Part shown: positions 10,976-25,448 of the stretch, piece after piece
Numbering within the stretch: the first letter of the stretch is position 1
How the letters are laid out: the number at the start of each line of letters is the position of its first letter
Origin: Eledone cirrhosa
Taxonomy: Eukaryota
DNA length: 64,000 bases
NCBI GenBank assembly: GCA_964016885.1
Contig: CAXHJY010000254.1
Location: forward strand, 137,092 to 201,091
Reading direction: 5' to 3'
The notes under the pieces: model-generated
What the model was told of the DNA's origin: nothing
Databases searched by the model: none
The model's input: the letters and a program-made list of their open reading frames with translations, nothing else
Position numbers and translations under genes: made by a program

Positions 10976-13900
10976 AGGCCGCTCAAACAAGGTTGTAGAA
11001 ATGCTAGAACGTAAGGAGGTTGATGGCTGCTGCATCCAAGAGACCAGGTGGAGGGGCGGTTCTGCTAGATTCATTGTGGGTAAAAAACGATGCTATAAGC
11101 TTTTCTGGGTGGGAAATGACAATGGGCTGGGTGGGGTAGGAATCATGTTAGCAGAAAAATGGGTGGATAAGATAATAGACGTAAATAGAGTAAACGACAG
11201 AATAATTAAAATAAGACTTCTTCTAAATAGAACTACTGTGACGATAATATCTGCGTACGCGCCCCAATCCGGACTGCCTGGTGCTATAAAAGACACTTTC
11301 TATGAGACACTGATGCTCACTACATCCCAAATAACCGACACTGACTATATAATTATTGCTGGCGACCTAAATGGTCACGTTGGACAACATTGTGACGGCT
11401 ATGATGAAATCCATGGAGGCTATGGGTTTGGTACTAGAAATGAGGAAGGCTCCAGAATCCTGGAATTCTGTGACGCAAATAACCTAACAATCTGTAACAC
11501 TAACTTCAAAAAACGAGACAATCACTTGATCACCTACAGATCAGGGGAACATACCAGCCAGGTAGATTATATCCTTACCAGAAGACGTGACAGAGTGACT
11601 GTTGTAAACACTAAATCCCTCCCCCATGAAGAATGCACCTCCCAACATAGACTGATAATTAGCGACCTCATAGTCAGGACGAGACGTACTCGACAGCAGA
11701 AGAGGACTATCCTCAGGAGAAAAATATGGAAGCTAAAGGACCCCACAGCCAGAAATAAATTTCAAAGCATATTACTTGATGCTTTCGACAGTAAGGAAGA
11801 GCATTTAGAGTCGGATATTATAGAGGGACAGTGGGAATTCCTGAAAGCAAACCTGCTGATGGCGGCAGACGAAGTCTGTGGCCGGAGCAGGCCTATAGGC
11901 AGGAGGAGAGTAACATGGTGGTGGAAAAGTAAGGTGGAGGAGTCGATTAAGGCCAAAATGCAGGCTTGGAAAGTATGGCGGGATGGGGGAAGTAGAGAAG
12001 ACTATCAAGTGGCCAGGAGGGAAGCTAGGAGACAAGTGCACTTCGCAAGAAGGGAAGCAGAGGAAAGAAAGTTCAAGCATGTTCTACAACGCGAGGACCA
12101 AAAACGTGAGGTGTTCAGGATTGCCAGGTAATGTGTCAAGGAAAACCGTGATATTGTCGGGAAGAAGTGTGTCCGTAATGATGATGGCGTACTTGCCATC
12201 ACTGACGCGGATAAGAAGGTAGCTTGGAAGTGTCACTACGAAAGGCTACTAAATGAGGAGAATAAATGGGAGAACGACAGTCTCCCCCACATCGACCCAA
12301 TAGAGGGACCAGCAGTGCAAGTTGAAGGTAGTATAACAAGTAAGGCGATCAAAGACATGAAGACGGGCAAGGCGGCCGGGCCTTCGCAAATAGTTGCCGA
12401 AATGCTGAAAGCATCTGGAACGGTGGGACACAATATGGTCACCCGGATAGTAAACCAAGTCATACAGAATGGGGTCGTTCTGAAGGACTGGCGCAGCAGC
12501 ATCATCATTAACTGCTACAAGGGTAAAGGTGATGCCCTAGATAGGGGAAACTATAGAGGCATTAAATTAATTGACCAGGTCATGAAGGTCACAGAAAAAG
12601 TAATAGCGCAACTAATCAGAGAGAGAATTGATCTAGACGAAATGCAGTTCGGGTTCGTGTCAGGTAAAAGTACAACAGACGCTCTTTTCATTGTGCGACA
12701 ACTACAGGAGAAGTACCTAGCTAAAAGTAAACCCCTATACTTAGCTTTTGTTGACTTGGAGAAAGCCTTTGACAGAGTACCCCGCTCGATTATCTGGTGG
12801 GCCCTTAGAAAACTAGTTGGTGATGAATGGCTTGTGAGAGCTATACAAGCCATGTATAAAGAAACAGTCAGCAAGGTTAGAATTAACAACGAATATAGTG
12901 AAGAGTTTAGCGTAAAAGTTGGTGTTCATCAGGGTTCCGTCCTTAGCCCACTACTATTTATTATTGCCCTTCAGGCTATAACAGAGGAGTTCAAGACCGG
13001 CTGCCCATGGGAACTCCTATATGCAGATGATCTAACGCTCATAGCTGAATCAATGGCTGAACTAGAGAAGAAATTCCAAACATGGAAGCATGGCCTAGAA
13101 TCAAATGGCCTTAAAGTTAACTTGTCTAAGACTAAAGTTCTAGTTTGTAGGAAGGAAAATAGGGCACCGGTCCCATCTGGGAAATGGCCGTGTTCAGTGT
13201 GTAGGAAAGGAGTAGGTAGAAACTCCATTTTATGTCCCAAATGCAAAGTATGGGTACATAAAAGATATAGTGGGATCACAGGTAAGCTAACTAAGAATAT
13301 AGATTTTATATGTGGTCGGTGCTCTGGTGCAATAAGTAGCAGCAAGTGCCCACAGAATACTAACTCATTCCATTGCACAGATGGTTCTATAGAAATAGTG
13401 GACAGCTTCCGTTACTTGGGTGATATAATCAGCAGTGGGGGAGGGTGCTCTGAAAGTACAGTAGCTAGAATCATAACGGGATGGAAAAAGTTCAGAGAGC
13501 TTATACCACTATTGGCCGCTAAAGGGTTCTCGCTAAAAATGAAAGGCAGGCTGTATGATGCCTGCATACGAACAGCAATGTTACATGGCAGTGAGACCTG
13601 GGCATTGTGTGCAGAGGATATACGTAGACTGGAGAGAAACGAAGCTTGCATGCTCCGCTGGATGTGTAATAGTAATATACGTGAACGGCAAAGCATAAAC
13701 GAACGAAGGGAGAAATTAGAAATAAGAGGGATCAGATGTTGTTTACTCGAGAGAAGGCTACGTTGGTACGGTCACGTGATGCGCATGAAAGACGACAGCT
13801 GTATAAAAAAGTGCAGGGCAATAAAATTAGACGGTAGCCACGGAGTAGGCAGACCCCCAAAAACCTGGGACGACTTGATAAATTCCGACCTCACACACTT

Positions 13901-14370
13901 ACACCTCTCCAGGACAAGTCACTGGACCGAGATCTTTGGCGCTACACAGTAATAGAGAAGACCCGCCTTACTTAAGTGCAAAGTGAAACCTACTACAGTC
14001 AGTAGGCACCTCTAACAAAATACACCCCCGTCCCACTACCCCCACCCCATCCACACCACCCCTTTCAATGTAAAGTTATGTTGGTACCACAACATCCAGC
14101 CCGAAACAAATGAGGTCGTGTAGGTGTCACGACAAAAAAACACACGGTCCACACTGTAATGTGGCCGTGTAGGTAACACAGTAAAAACCTCCCAGTCCAC
14201 ACTGTAAATGTGGTTGGTGTTAGGAAGGGCATCCAGCCGTAGAAAACCCGCCAGACAGTCCTATAAGAGCAAGACAACCACTCTTGCCTCAAGTGGGAAA
14301 ACTCCCGTCCAAACCCATGCAAGCGTGGAACATGGACGTTAAGCGAAGATGATGAGGATGAGATGATGAT
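10976..14370 (+). mobile_element. RTE-clade LINE, slightly 5'-truncated, with a degenerate (GAT)n tail
   Basis: APE endonuclease and RT in one frame, a 3' UTR and a GAT-repeat tail. Both flanks are TA repeats. Confidence 0.9.
11001..13975 (+). pseudogene. RTE LINE APE-RT polyprotein, disrupted
   Basis: APE motifs QETRW, YAPQ, GDLNGH, QVDYIL and SQHRL. RT motifs NYRGI, QFGF, FVDLEKAFD, GVHQGSVLSP and YADD. An in-frame TAA at 12129-12131 separates two same-frame ORFs. A probable frameshift near 13910 hides the ...LDRDLWRYTV... C-terminus. Confidence 0.88.
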
Positions 14371-14452
14371 ATATATACTTATACATACATATATATATAT
14401 ATGTATATATACATATATATATATATACACATACATGTATATATATATACAT

Positions 14453-14800
14453 ATCATCATCATTCATCATCATTTCATTTTACGTCCGCTTTTCCCTGCT
14501 TGCAAGGGTGGGACGGGAACTGATTCTGGCTTGATTTCTACAGCTGGATGCCCTTCCTAACACCAACCTCATTTACAGTGAATGCTGGGTGCTTTTTTGC
14601 CGTGGCACCTCCACGACTACTTTGTAGTGGAATGATAGGGACCCAAGTCCCTATCATCTCATTTCTACAGCTGAGTAAACTGGAGCAATGTGAAATAAAG
14701 TGTCTTGCTCAAGGAAACAACACATCACCCGGTCTGAGAATTGAACTCACAACATTTCGATTGCAAGGCCAATGCTCTAACCACTAAGCCATGTGCCTCC
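14453..14800 (-). mobile_element. tRNA-derived CORE-like SINE with RTE-derived 3' tail
   Basis: A box TGGCTTAGTGG, B-box-like GAGTTCAATTC, CORE-like CCTTGAGCAAGACACTT, a 3' part similar to the RTE 3' UTR, and an ATG-repeat tail. Confidence 0.85.
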
Positions 14801-14836
14801 ATATATATATGTATATGTATATACATATATATATAT

Positions 14837-15162
14837 GGAGGCACATGGCTTAGTGGTTAGAGCATTGGCCTTGCAATCGAAAGGTTGTGAGTTCAATTCT
14901 CAGACTGGGTGATGTGTTGTTTCCTTGAACAAGACACTTTATTTCACATTGCTCCAGTTTACTCAGCTGTAGAAATGAGATGATAGGGACTGGTGTCCAT
15001 ATCATTCCACTGCAAAGTGGTCGTGCAGGTGCCACGCAAAAAAGCACCCAGCACTCACTGTAAATGAGGTTGGTGTTAGTAAGGGCATCCAGCTGTAGAT
15101 GTTAAGCCAGAACCAGTTCCCGTCCCACCCTTGCAAGCAGGGAAAAAGCAGACGTAAAATGA
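14837..15162 (+). mobile_element. tRNA-derived CORE-like SINE with RTE-derived 3' tail (second copy, opposite orientation)
   Basis: Reverse-complement homologue of 14453-14800 with scattered substitutions. Confidence 0.85.
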
Positions 15163-15225
15163 ATATACATATACATATATATATACATATATATATACAT
15201 ATACATATATATATACATATACATA

Positions 15226-15332
<107 letters not shown>

Positions 15333-15434
15333 ATATGTATATATATACATATATATACATATACATATATATATACATATATAAAATATTAAACAAATAA
15401 TGAATAAACAATTTCTTATATTAAACAAAAAAAG

Positions 15435-15589
15435 TTCATTATTTAACGATCGTTTCTAGGATATATATGTGTTAGAATTGGTATGCATATTCAACAGATC
15501 TATGTACAAAATTATACAAAATTATACAAATTATCAAGATTAAATATACATACCAAACACATATATACGCCGTCTTCAGAAATAATGAA
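15435..15589 (-). ncRNA. Type I hammerhead ribozyme with ~116-nt stem II (Naiad-B)
   Basis: UUCAUUAUUU-CUGAAGA-long hairpin-GAA-AC(GAUC)GU-U-AAAUAAUGAA. Stem I is 10 bp, with palindrome AACGATCGTT. Confidence 0.85.
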
Positions 15590-16245
15590 GTATATTTATT
15601 GATAATAACAACAATTCAAAATTTCAGGTCCGTTTGGGAACAAAAATTGACCAATGAAAACACAAAGGGTTAAATGCAGTTCGGTGTGTGTATATACATG
15701 TAAAACCCTTACACATATTTTACAAAAATGTATGTATAAATTGTATACGCATACTAAAAGGATGGATGCGAACACAAAATTTCAAGGTTAATGTCTCTGT
15801 GAGTTATTGACACTTATGAAGTTAAGTATATAAATATATTTTTTCATACTCACACATATCCGTACAATCACACATACACGCGCGTATATGCATAAATATA
15901 CACATAACCACGAACGTACAAACACACACACACCCCCACTCACATTTATATATGTGGATATAAAATCATAAGCACATGGATATTAATTCACTCACATAAA
16001 ACACTGGCATACACATTTTCAGATCAAGATACAGAAATTAGGTGGGAGGGGGGGGGGGAGGGGTCAGTATTCAACGGTCTGAACAGACTGCCTAATATAA
16101 ATGTATCTATAAACTAAGAAAAATAAAACAAATAAAACATAATGAATAAAACATTAAGGAGGAAAGAATAGAAAGAAGAACAGAAAAAAGAAAAAAGAAA
16201 AAAGAAATATATCAAGAAAATAAATATACACACATACACATACAT

Positions 16246-16290
<45 letters not shown>

Positions 16291-16859
16291 TATAAATATA
16301 TATAAAAAAAACATACATATATATATACACACATAGACACTTACACATCCATACATAAATATACACACATATATAAATAGATACATACATATAACCACAT
16401 CCACACTAAGAACATACATACACACACATATATAAACATATACATATACACACATACATACATATACACATATACATACAAATACACATACACATATATA
16501 TACACACACATATATATATATATATATATACACATATATATACATACATATACATATACACGTACATATACACACACATATACATATAATCACACATACT
16601 ATACAGACACAGATATATATAACCACACACATACATGCAAATATACAACACTTACATACTAATATACATACAGATATACACATACATAGCTATATATACA
16701 CACAAATATATACAGATTTACATATATACATACAGACAAATACTTACGCATCTATATATCGGTATATCCATACTAACACCAACTACACTATCACACAACA
16801 TAGAAATACAAAGAGAAAGGTATATACCTATACACACATACATATACAAATAGAAAAAC

Positions 16860-16904
<45 letters not shown>

Positions 16905-16934
16905 TACATATACATATATATATATATATATAAC

Positions 16935-16979
<45 letters not shown>

Positions 16980-17233
16980 TACACATACAAATACACATAC
17001 ATATACATACAGATATATACACATACATACATGTACACACACACAGAAATATATACGCATACATACATACACACATACATATAAAGTCATACACACATAT
17101 ACATCTACACGAACATACACATACACATATATAAAGATATATATACACACACACACACACACGCAACACATACACACATACACATATATATAAAAAAAAT
17201 AAATAATAAAGATATATACATATATATATATAT

Positions 17234-17281
<48 letters not shown>

Positions 17282-17663
17282 ATACACACACACCTAAATA
17301 TACATACACATACATACATACATAGACATACATGTACGTACATATACGTACATCGATATACATATATATATATACATACACACATAGACATATACATACA
17401 TACACACACAACTTACATACACACATATATATACATGTATATTCATACATAGAATTAGAAATATAATCATACATACATATGCACTTACTTATACTCATAT
17501 ATACCAATACATACGCATCCATTTATGCGTATATACATAAAAAACACTACAACGTTACCTAACTCAGACATACAAATAAAATATTAATAAAAAGGCATAT
17601 GTATATACATACACACACGCATTAATAGAGATATATATATACACACATACACATATACATATA

Positions 17664-17720
<57 letters not shown>

Positions 17721-17832
17721 ACCCATACATATACACATATATATATATATATATATATACAAAGATACCTACACATTCATACCACCATAAATACACATAC
17801 AAACACCCACATATACATATATATACACACAC

Positions 17833-17873
<41 letters not shown>

Positions 17874-17992
17874 AAAAACAGACATGCACATATATATATA
17901 TATTTTTCTACACTTATATATAGACATATTATATACATATACATAACTTCACTTATACACACATACACATAAGTTATATTATAATAATAAAA

Positions 17993-18023
<31 letters not shown>

Positions 18024-18048
18024 ACATATATATATATATATACATACC

Positions 18049-18114
<66 letters not shown>

Positions 18115-18174
18115 CAAACACATACATACACATATACACACATATGAATATAGATATATATTCACACATAGACA

Positions 18175-18223
<49 letters not shown>

Positions 18224-19876
18224 ATATACACAGACACATATACACACTCACATATATATATCTGTGTGCATGCACACACACATATATACATACATACATA
18301 TATATACACATAAACACATATATGTGCATACATGCACATACACACACATATATCACATAGATACGGAGATAGACATATAAATAGAGAGACATACATATAT
18401 ATACAACACACATACACACACATACATACACACGCATATACATATACATATATATATACATATATATATTCCTATATATACACTTAACATATATATATAC
18501 ACATATATACACATACATACACATATACGTACACACATTCACATACACATACATATATAGATGCATATATACATACATATACATACACACACAATCTTAC
18601 ATTCATATTTGCATGCACATATATGTATTTTTATATTTAGATATAAATACCCAAACCTATATAGACACCTACCTACATATATATTCATACATAGACGCTT
18701 ACAAATACAGATGATAATAGTATGGGGGAAAAGGGGGGGTTTGGAGAAGGGGATCAAAGTAAATATATGTTTCAAGAAACATAGAAAATTTTCCGTATCT
18801 TTATCCAATATATGTTTTTTTTACATATTTTCAGTGTTATAAAATACAACAAATAAAAACTAAGGCAAAATCTATGCATCTCAAAATAAACAAGTATACC
18901 ATTAACTATATGTTAACTAAACCAAAGATAGTTAACATATTGATTTCTAAGGTGTAAATTAGTTAGGTTTATAATATTTGAAGCAGAATTTTGAAGTTAA
19001 ATAGTAGTAGAGTATTAATTACAGTATAACTAAATTAAAGTTAATAACGTTATGGTATCAATATTAGGAAATGAAATTAGTAATAGGGAAAAAACAAATA
19101 AAATAAAGTAGTACATCGGTAGTAGAATATAAATTATAGGTTAACTAAATTAAAAATTATATATTTATTTCTATAGTATATGTTAATTAGGTATACAATA
19201 CATAAAGCAGATATTGTATTTCATCAATAGCATAATATAATTATATGCAAATAGAAATCAAAATTAATACGCATACATATACATATACATACACATACAC
19301 ATACATACACATATACACACAAATATATATATACATATATATACATATATATACATATACATACACACACACATACACATACACATACACATATACATAT
19401 ACATATCTTTTTCAAAAAATTGCATAGAATATATTAACTAGGTATATATCCAAAACACATCGCATTCTATGATTACATGACATTCTGCAATTCGTCTGTA
19501 TAAGGATACTAATATTAAGCAAATTAAAATTAAATTTTTAGGTTGATTAAAACTAAAATCAAATTATAAATATATTTCTAAAATATATATTAATTAGGTC
19601 AATAATACTAAAAATTATTTCTCTGTCATTGGATACACGATATTATTTTGTTATATTTTATCTGTAAAAGAATTATAATAAAAATAATAAAAGGTTTAAA
19701 TAAATTAAAATTAATCTATAAATTAAATTACTAAGTATATATTAGTAATATTTAAAGGTTTTTCACAATTTATGATTACATAATATTTTATATTCTGATC
19801 TGTAATAAAATTTTAATTAAATTAAATATATAGGTTAACTAACATTTAAATTAAATTAATTTCTAAAATAATGTTG

Positions 19877-22318
19877 TTAATTAGGTTTATAATATTTAAA
19901 TGTTTTTTTTAGTTTATGATTACACGATATAATTAATTCCTGTCGTTTATTTAATAAGATATCCTTAGACTTCATTATTTCAAATAGTTCTTGGGAACAT
20001 AATCTACATTCATTTCTATTATTTTGATAAGGGGTGGCTCTTTTGAGCACACTCCAGGTCAAATCATATTTTATATTCTTATTTTTATAACTATTGATTT
20101 TTTCAGCTAGAGATGTTGTATTAGCCAGTGCAGCATTTTTAAAACTATGCTTGTGGGTATTAAACCTTGTCTTAAAATTGTTAGAGGTAGCTCCTATATA
20201 TGAGCAAATAGAATCTGTAGTTTTAACATTACATTTATAGACTATGTTGTTAACAAGACAATTCCCTTTTAATGGGCAGTTTGCTTTGTTTCTACAGTTA
20301 CATCCTTTCGTTAATTCTGTATTTGAGGAGATATTATGGTTAATTTGATGTACTGGTGGTATAGTTATGGTTTTCTTACATTTATATGCATTATATGCAC
20401 TTATATTTTGTTTTATGTTATTTGTTGTAGAGTATGAGAATTTAACTGTAGACCTATTTAAGATTTGATGGTATTTGTGGTTTGGCGGGAAGTTTTTCTC
20501 AAGGATATAAAAAAATGTTTTAGCAATATTATCCTTAACTTGTAAATTAAAAGGAGCATTATACCAAGTAACCCGTCTATTACGGTTTCTATGTTGTTTA
20601 TTATTTTTATTATTTTTATAGGTTGTATCGTGATTTTTACTAGGAGGATTAATGTTAATGATCTCACCACAACTATTTTTAGTTATATTTTTAGATTTAG
20701 GTGTTTTATCCTTTTTATTAGGAGTTTTATTATTAATATTTATTAGAGTTGTATGATGAGTAGTTTTTTGAGAGTTACTATACTTTATATTAGAAGATTT
20801 GGTATTTTGGGGTATAGTGTGGGTGGCATTTAGGTGTGTTCTTTTCATTTGGTGTTTGTTGGTAATATTATGTTGTATGCTTTCAGTATTTTTAGTAGAA
20901 GGTATATACTCTAATCTATTTTTGTGGCCACTTCTATCTAGAGCTTCGTTATAGAAGGTCGCATTTTTATCAAATACATCTTGGTTAGAAGAAAGGTTAG
21001 AAATTCTAAGTGATATATTATATGCAAGGTTTTTAAGGATAGATTTAGGGTGATTAGATTGTGAGTGTATGTAATGTAAGTTTTGGTTAGGTTTATGGTA
21101 AGGTTGGTAGATACCCGTAGCTAAATCTAAAGTTATATCTAGGAAATTTACTACTTTACTTGTTTTTTCAAAAGTAATATTAAGATTATAATAGTCTTTA
21201 AGGAAAGTTCTAATATGTTTTTTGTTTTTTTCAATTTCTGAAAGGCTAAGGTTGTTAGAAAGAAGAAGACAGTCATCACGATATAAACCACCTTTGAGGT
21301 GGGGAAAAGAGGCATTTATGTTGAAAAGGAGAAAGAGGCCCACAAGATCAGTAATTTGGGCGGAATCACTTGAACCCATAGTAATATCAAAAAGATTACT
21401 GTATGTGTTTCTGGTCCAGTATTCATTCTGAAATTCAATAAGTGTTAGTCTAGCATGTGTAATAATGTTAATGTCATCCAAAGTTAAGTTAGATCTATTT
21501 TTAGCAAATATCAATGCTTTGTTCAGGAGTATAGGTGATATAGAAGAATAGTAATTATCTATATCAAATTGTAGGAAAGAAGCAGAAGATTTACACCTAA
21601 TATTTTTAAACCAGTTAATTACCTGGGAGGTGTTTTCCCAGAGTGGTAAAATAACGTGTTTTTTTATTTGTGGGATGACTCTATCTAAAATTTTTTTGCT
21701 AATTATTCCAATATCTGATTTGGAAGGACATATAAGTCTAATAGAAGGATTTGAGTTAAAGTTAGATTTGTGATCTTTCAGGTTGAAGTGTGGTCTTTTC
21801 AATGCCAAAGGTTCAGTTCTATCTTCAATGTTTAGTTTTTTTACTATGTTGTGTGTTTTGTTGTTGATGTTGGTGAGTGACACATTATTAGATTTTTTAT
21901 AATTTTTTCTGAGTTCTTTATATATGAACTCGTTATAATGTTCAATGTCCATATGATACAAGTTACCAGTTTTGTCCGAGTGGACATGGATTTTTTTAGA
22001 CTTTTTTAGGTCCAATAGGGTAGAATCAAGGTCCTTTTGAAAGACGGATTTATACTTTTTAAATTTGAGGTGTTTAATTAAATTAAAAAGGTCTTTCTCG
22101 AAGTCTTCAAGTAAAAAGTTGTGTGGTGGATTCTTGTAAGTATTGAAATCATACATATATTTCCGATCTGCTTGTTTAGATTTTCTATCGAAGTGGTAGG
22201 CTCTCCATCTAACCCTTCTGATAAAATTATTAGTTTTCTGAATCATAAGGAGTAAGAAGTCATCCTTAGAAGGTATTGGTATGTTTTTTAAGGAGGTTCC
22301 TAAATATTGTTTTTCCAT
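19877..22318 (-). CDS. PLE polyprotein RT plus GIY-YIG (Naiad-like family B), 813 aa from the ATG of MEKQYL
   Basis: SDKT, KDHK, QFDIDNYYSSI, ITMGS, YRDD, VNFLDITL, WYNAP, CNC-x4-CPL-x3-C, IVYKC...YIGAT...FKTRFNTH and CRLCSQE. Start placed by alignment to MEKHYL of family A. Confidence 0.93.
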   Translation of the reverse strand: MEKQYLGTSLKNIPIPSKDDFLLLMIQKTNNFIRRVRWRAYHFDRKSKQADRKYMYDFNTYKNPPHNFLLEDFEKDLFNLIKHLKFKKYKSVFQKDLDSTLLDLKKSKKIHVHSDKTGNLYHMDIEHYNEFIYKELRKNYKKSNNVSLTNINNKTHNIVKKLNIEDRTEPLALKRPHFNLKDHKSNFNSNPSIRLICPSKSDIGIISKKILDRVIPQIKKHVILPLWENTSQVINWFKNIRCKSSASFLQFDIDNYYSSISPILLNKALIFAKNRSNLTLDDINIITHARLTLIEFQNEYWTRNTYSNLFDITMGSSDSAQITDLVGLFLLFNINASFPHLKGGLYRDDCLLLSNNLSLSEIEKNKKHIRTFLKDYYNLNITFEKTSKVVNFLDITLDLATGIYQPYHKPNQNLHYIHSQSNHPKSILKNLAYNISLRISNLSSNQDVFDKNATFYNEALDRSGHKNRLEYIPSTKNTESIQHNITNKHQMKRTHLNATHTIPQNTKSSNIKYSNSQKTTHHTTLININNKTPNKKDKTPKSKNITKNSCGEIININPPSKNHDTTYKNNKNNKQHRNRNRRVTWYNAPFNLQVKDNIAKTFFYILEKNFPPNHKYHQILNRSTVKFSYSTTNNIKQNISAYNAYKCKKTITIPPVHQINHNISSNTELTKGCNCRNKANCPLKGNCLVNNIVYKCNVKTTDSICSYIGATSNNFKTRFNTHKHSFKNAALANTTSLAEKINSYKNKNIKYDLTWSVLKRATPYQNNRNECRLCSQELFEIMKSKDILLNKRQELIISCNHKLKKTFKYYKPN

Positions 22319-22662
22319 TGTGATATGGATAATGGACAATTGAAAGAGCTCAACTAAAAGTATATGGGTTTACAAAATCATACATATATATATGTATATA
22401 CATAAATATAAAATTAATACACACATACAGTACAAAAATACGAATATTTCCGTGAAAATAGGAGCAAAATTATGTAGATAAATCTACCAAGAGTTTACGG
22501 TAGTGTCCAATCCGTATGAAGAACTCAATGTATTCCGGATATCATGGAAAGAAGAGATGTAATGAAAAACCACTTTCGGTGAAAGATAAACGGTATACAG
22601 AGTACAAGATAAAATATTAAACAAATAATGAATAAACAATTTCTTATATTAAACAAAAAAAG

Positions 22663-22817
22663 TTCATTATTTAACGATCGTTTCTAGGATATATATGTGT
22701 TAGAATTGGTATGCATATTCAACAGATCTATGTACAAAATTATACAAAATTATACAAATTATCAAGATTAAATATACATACCAAACACATATATACGCCG
22801 TCTTCAGAAATAATGAA
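22663..22817 (-). ncRNA. Hammerhead ribozyme, Naiad-B copy 2
   Basis: Same sequence as 15435-15589. Confidence 0.85.
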
Positions 22818-23471
22818 GTATATTTATTGATAATAACAACAATTCAAAATTTCAGGTCCGTTTGGGAACAAAAATTGACCAATGAAAACACAAAGGGTTA
22901 AATGCAGTTCGGTGTGTGTATATACATGTAAAACCCTTACACATATTTTACAAAAATGTATGTATAAATTGTATACGCATACTAAAAGGATGGATGCGAA
23001 CACAAAATTTCAAGGTTAATGTCTCTGTGAGTTATTGACACTTATGAAGTTAAGTATATAAATATATTTTTTCATACTCACACATATCCGTACAATCACA
23101 CATACACGCGCGTATATGCATAAATATACACATAACCACGAACGTACAAACACACACACACCCCCACTCACATTTATATATGTGGATATAAAATCATAAG
23201 CACATGGATATTAATTCACTCACATAAAACACTGGCATACACATTTTCAGATCAAGATACAGAAATTAGGTGGGAGGGGGGGGGAGGGGTCAGTATTCAA
23301 CGGTCTGAACAGACTGCCTAATATAAATGTATCTATAAACTAAGAAAAATAAAACAAATAAAACATAATAAATAAAACATTAAGGAGGAAAGAATAGAAA
23401 GAAGAACAGAAAAAAGAAAAAAGAAAAAAGAAATATATCAAGAAAATAAATATACACACATACACATACAT

Positions 23472-23518
<47 letters not shown>

Positions 23519-24087
23519 TATAAATATATATAAAAAAAACATACATATATATATACACACATAGACACTTACACATCCATACATAAATATACACACATAT
23601 ATAAATAGATACATACATATAACCACATCCACACTAAGAACATACATACACACACATATATAAACATATACATATACACACATACATACATATACACATA
23701 TACATACAAATACACATACACATATATATACACACACATATATATATATATATATATACACATATATATACATACATATACATATACACGTACATATACA
23801 CACACATATACATATAATCACACATACTATACAGACACAGATATATATAACCACACACATACATGCAAATATACAACACTTACATACTAATATACATACA
23901 GATATACACATACATAGCTATATATACACACAAATATATACAGATTTACATATATACATACAGACAAATACTTACGCATCTATATATCGGTATATCCATA
24001 CTAACACCAACTACACTATCACACAACATAGAAATACAAAGAGAAAGGTATATACCTATACACACATACATATACAAATAGAAAAAC

Positions 24088-24132
<45 letters not shown>

Positions 24133-24162
24133 TACATATACATATATATATATATATATAAC

Positions 24163-24207
<45 letters not shown>

Positions 24208-24462
24208 TACACATACAAATACACATACATATACATACAGATATATACACATACATACATGTACACACACACAGAAATATATACGCATACATACATACAC
24301 ACATACATATAAAGTCATACACACATATACATCTACACGAACATACACATACACATATATAAAGATATATATACACACACACACACACACGCAACACATA
24401 CACACATACACATATATATAAAAAAAAATAAATAATAAAGATATATACATATATATATATAT

Positions 24463-24510
<48 letters not shown>

Positions 24511-24892
24511 ATACACACACACCTAAATATACATACACATACATACATACATAGACATACATGTACGTACATATACGTACATCGATATACATATATATAT
24601 ATACATACACACATAGACATATACATACATACACACACAACTTACATACACACATATATATACATGTATATTCATACATAGAATTAGAAATATAATCATA
24701 CATACATATGCACTTACTTATACTCATATATACCAATACATACGCATCCATTTATGCGTATATACATAAAAAACACTACAACGTTACCTAACTCAGACAT
24801 ACAAATAAAATATTAATAAAAAGGCATATGTATATACATACACACACGCATTAATAGAGATATATATATACACACATACACATATACATATA

Positions 24893-24951
<59 letters not shown>

Positions 24952-25063
24952 ACCCATACATATACACATATATATATATATATATATATACAAAGATACC
25001 TACACATTCATACCACCATAAATACACATACAAACACCCACATATACATATATATACACACAC

Positions 25064-25102
<39 letters not shown>

Positions 25103-25221
25103 AAAAACAGACATGCACATATATATATATATTTTTCTACACTTATATATAGACATATTATATACATATACATAACTTCACTTATACACACATACACATA
25201 AGTTATATTATAATAATAAAA

Positions 25222-25259
<38 letters not shown>

Positions 25260-25283
25260 CATATATATATATATATACATACC

Positions 25284-25335
<52 letters not shown>

Positions 25336-25395
25336 CAAACACATACATACACATATACACACATATGAATATAGATATATATTCACACATAGACA

Positions 25396-25448
<53 letters not shown>

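Noticed and set aside
14837-14910. tRNA gene (also at 14727-14800 and 59318-59390)
   Set aside because: A and B boxes are present but there is no good cloverleaf, and the sequence continues into CORE-like SINE body.
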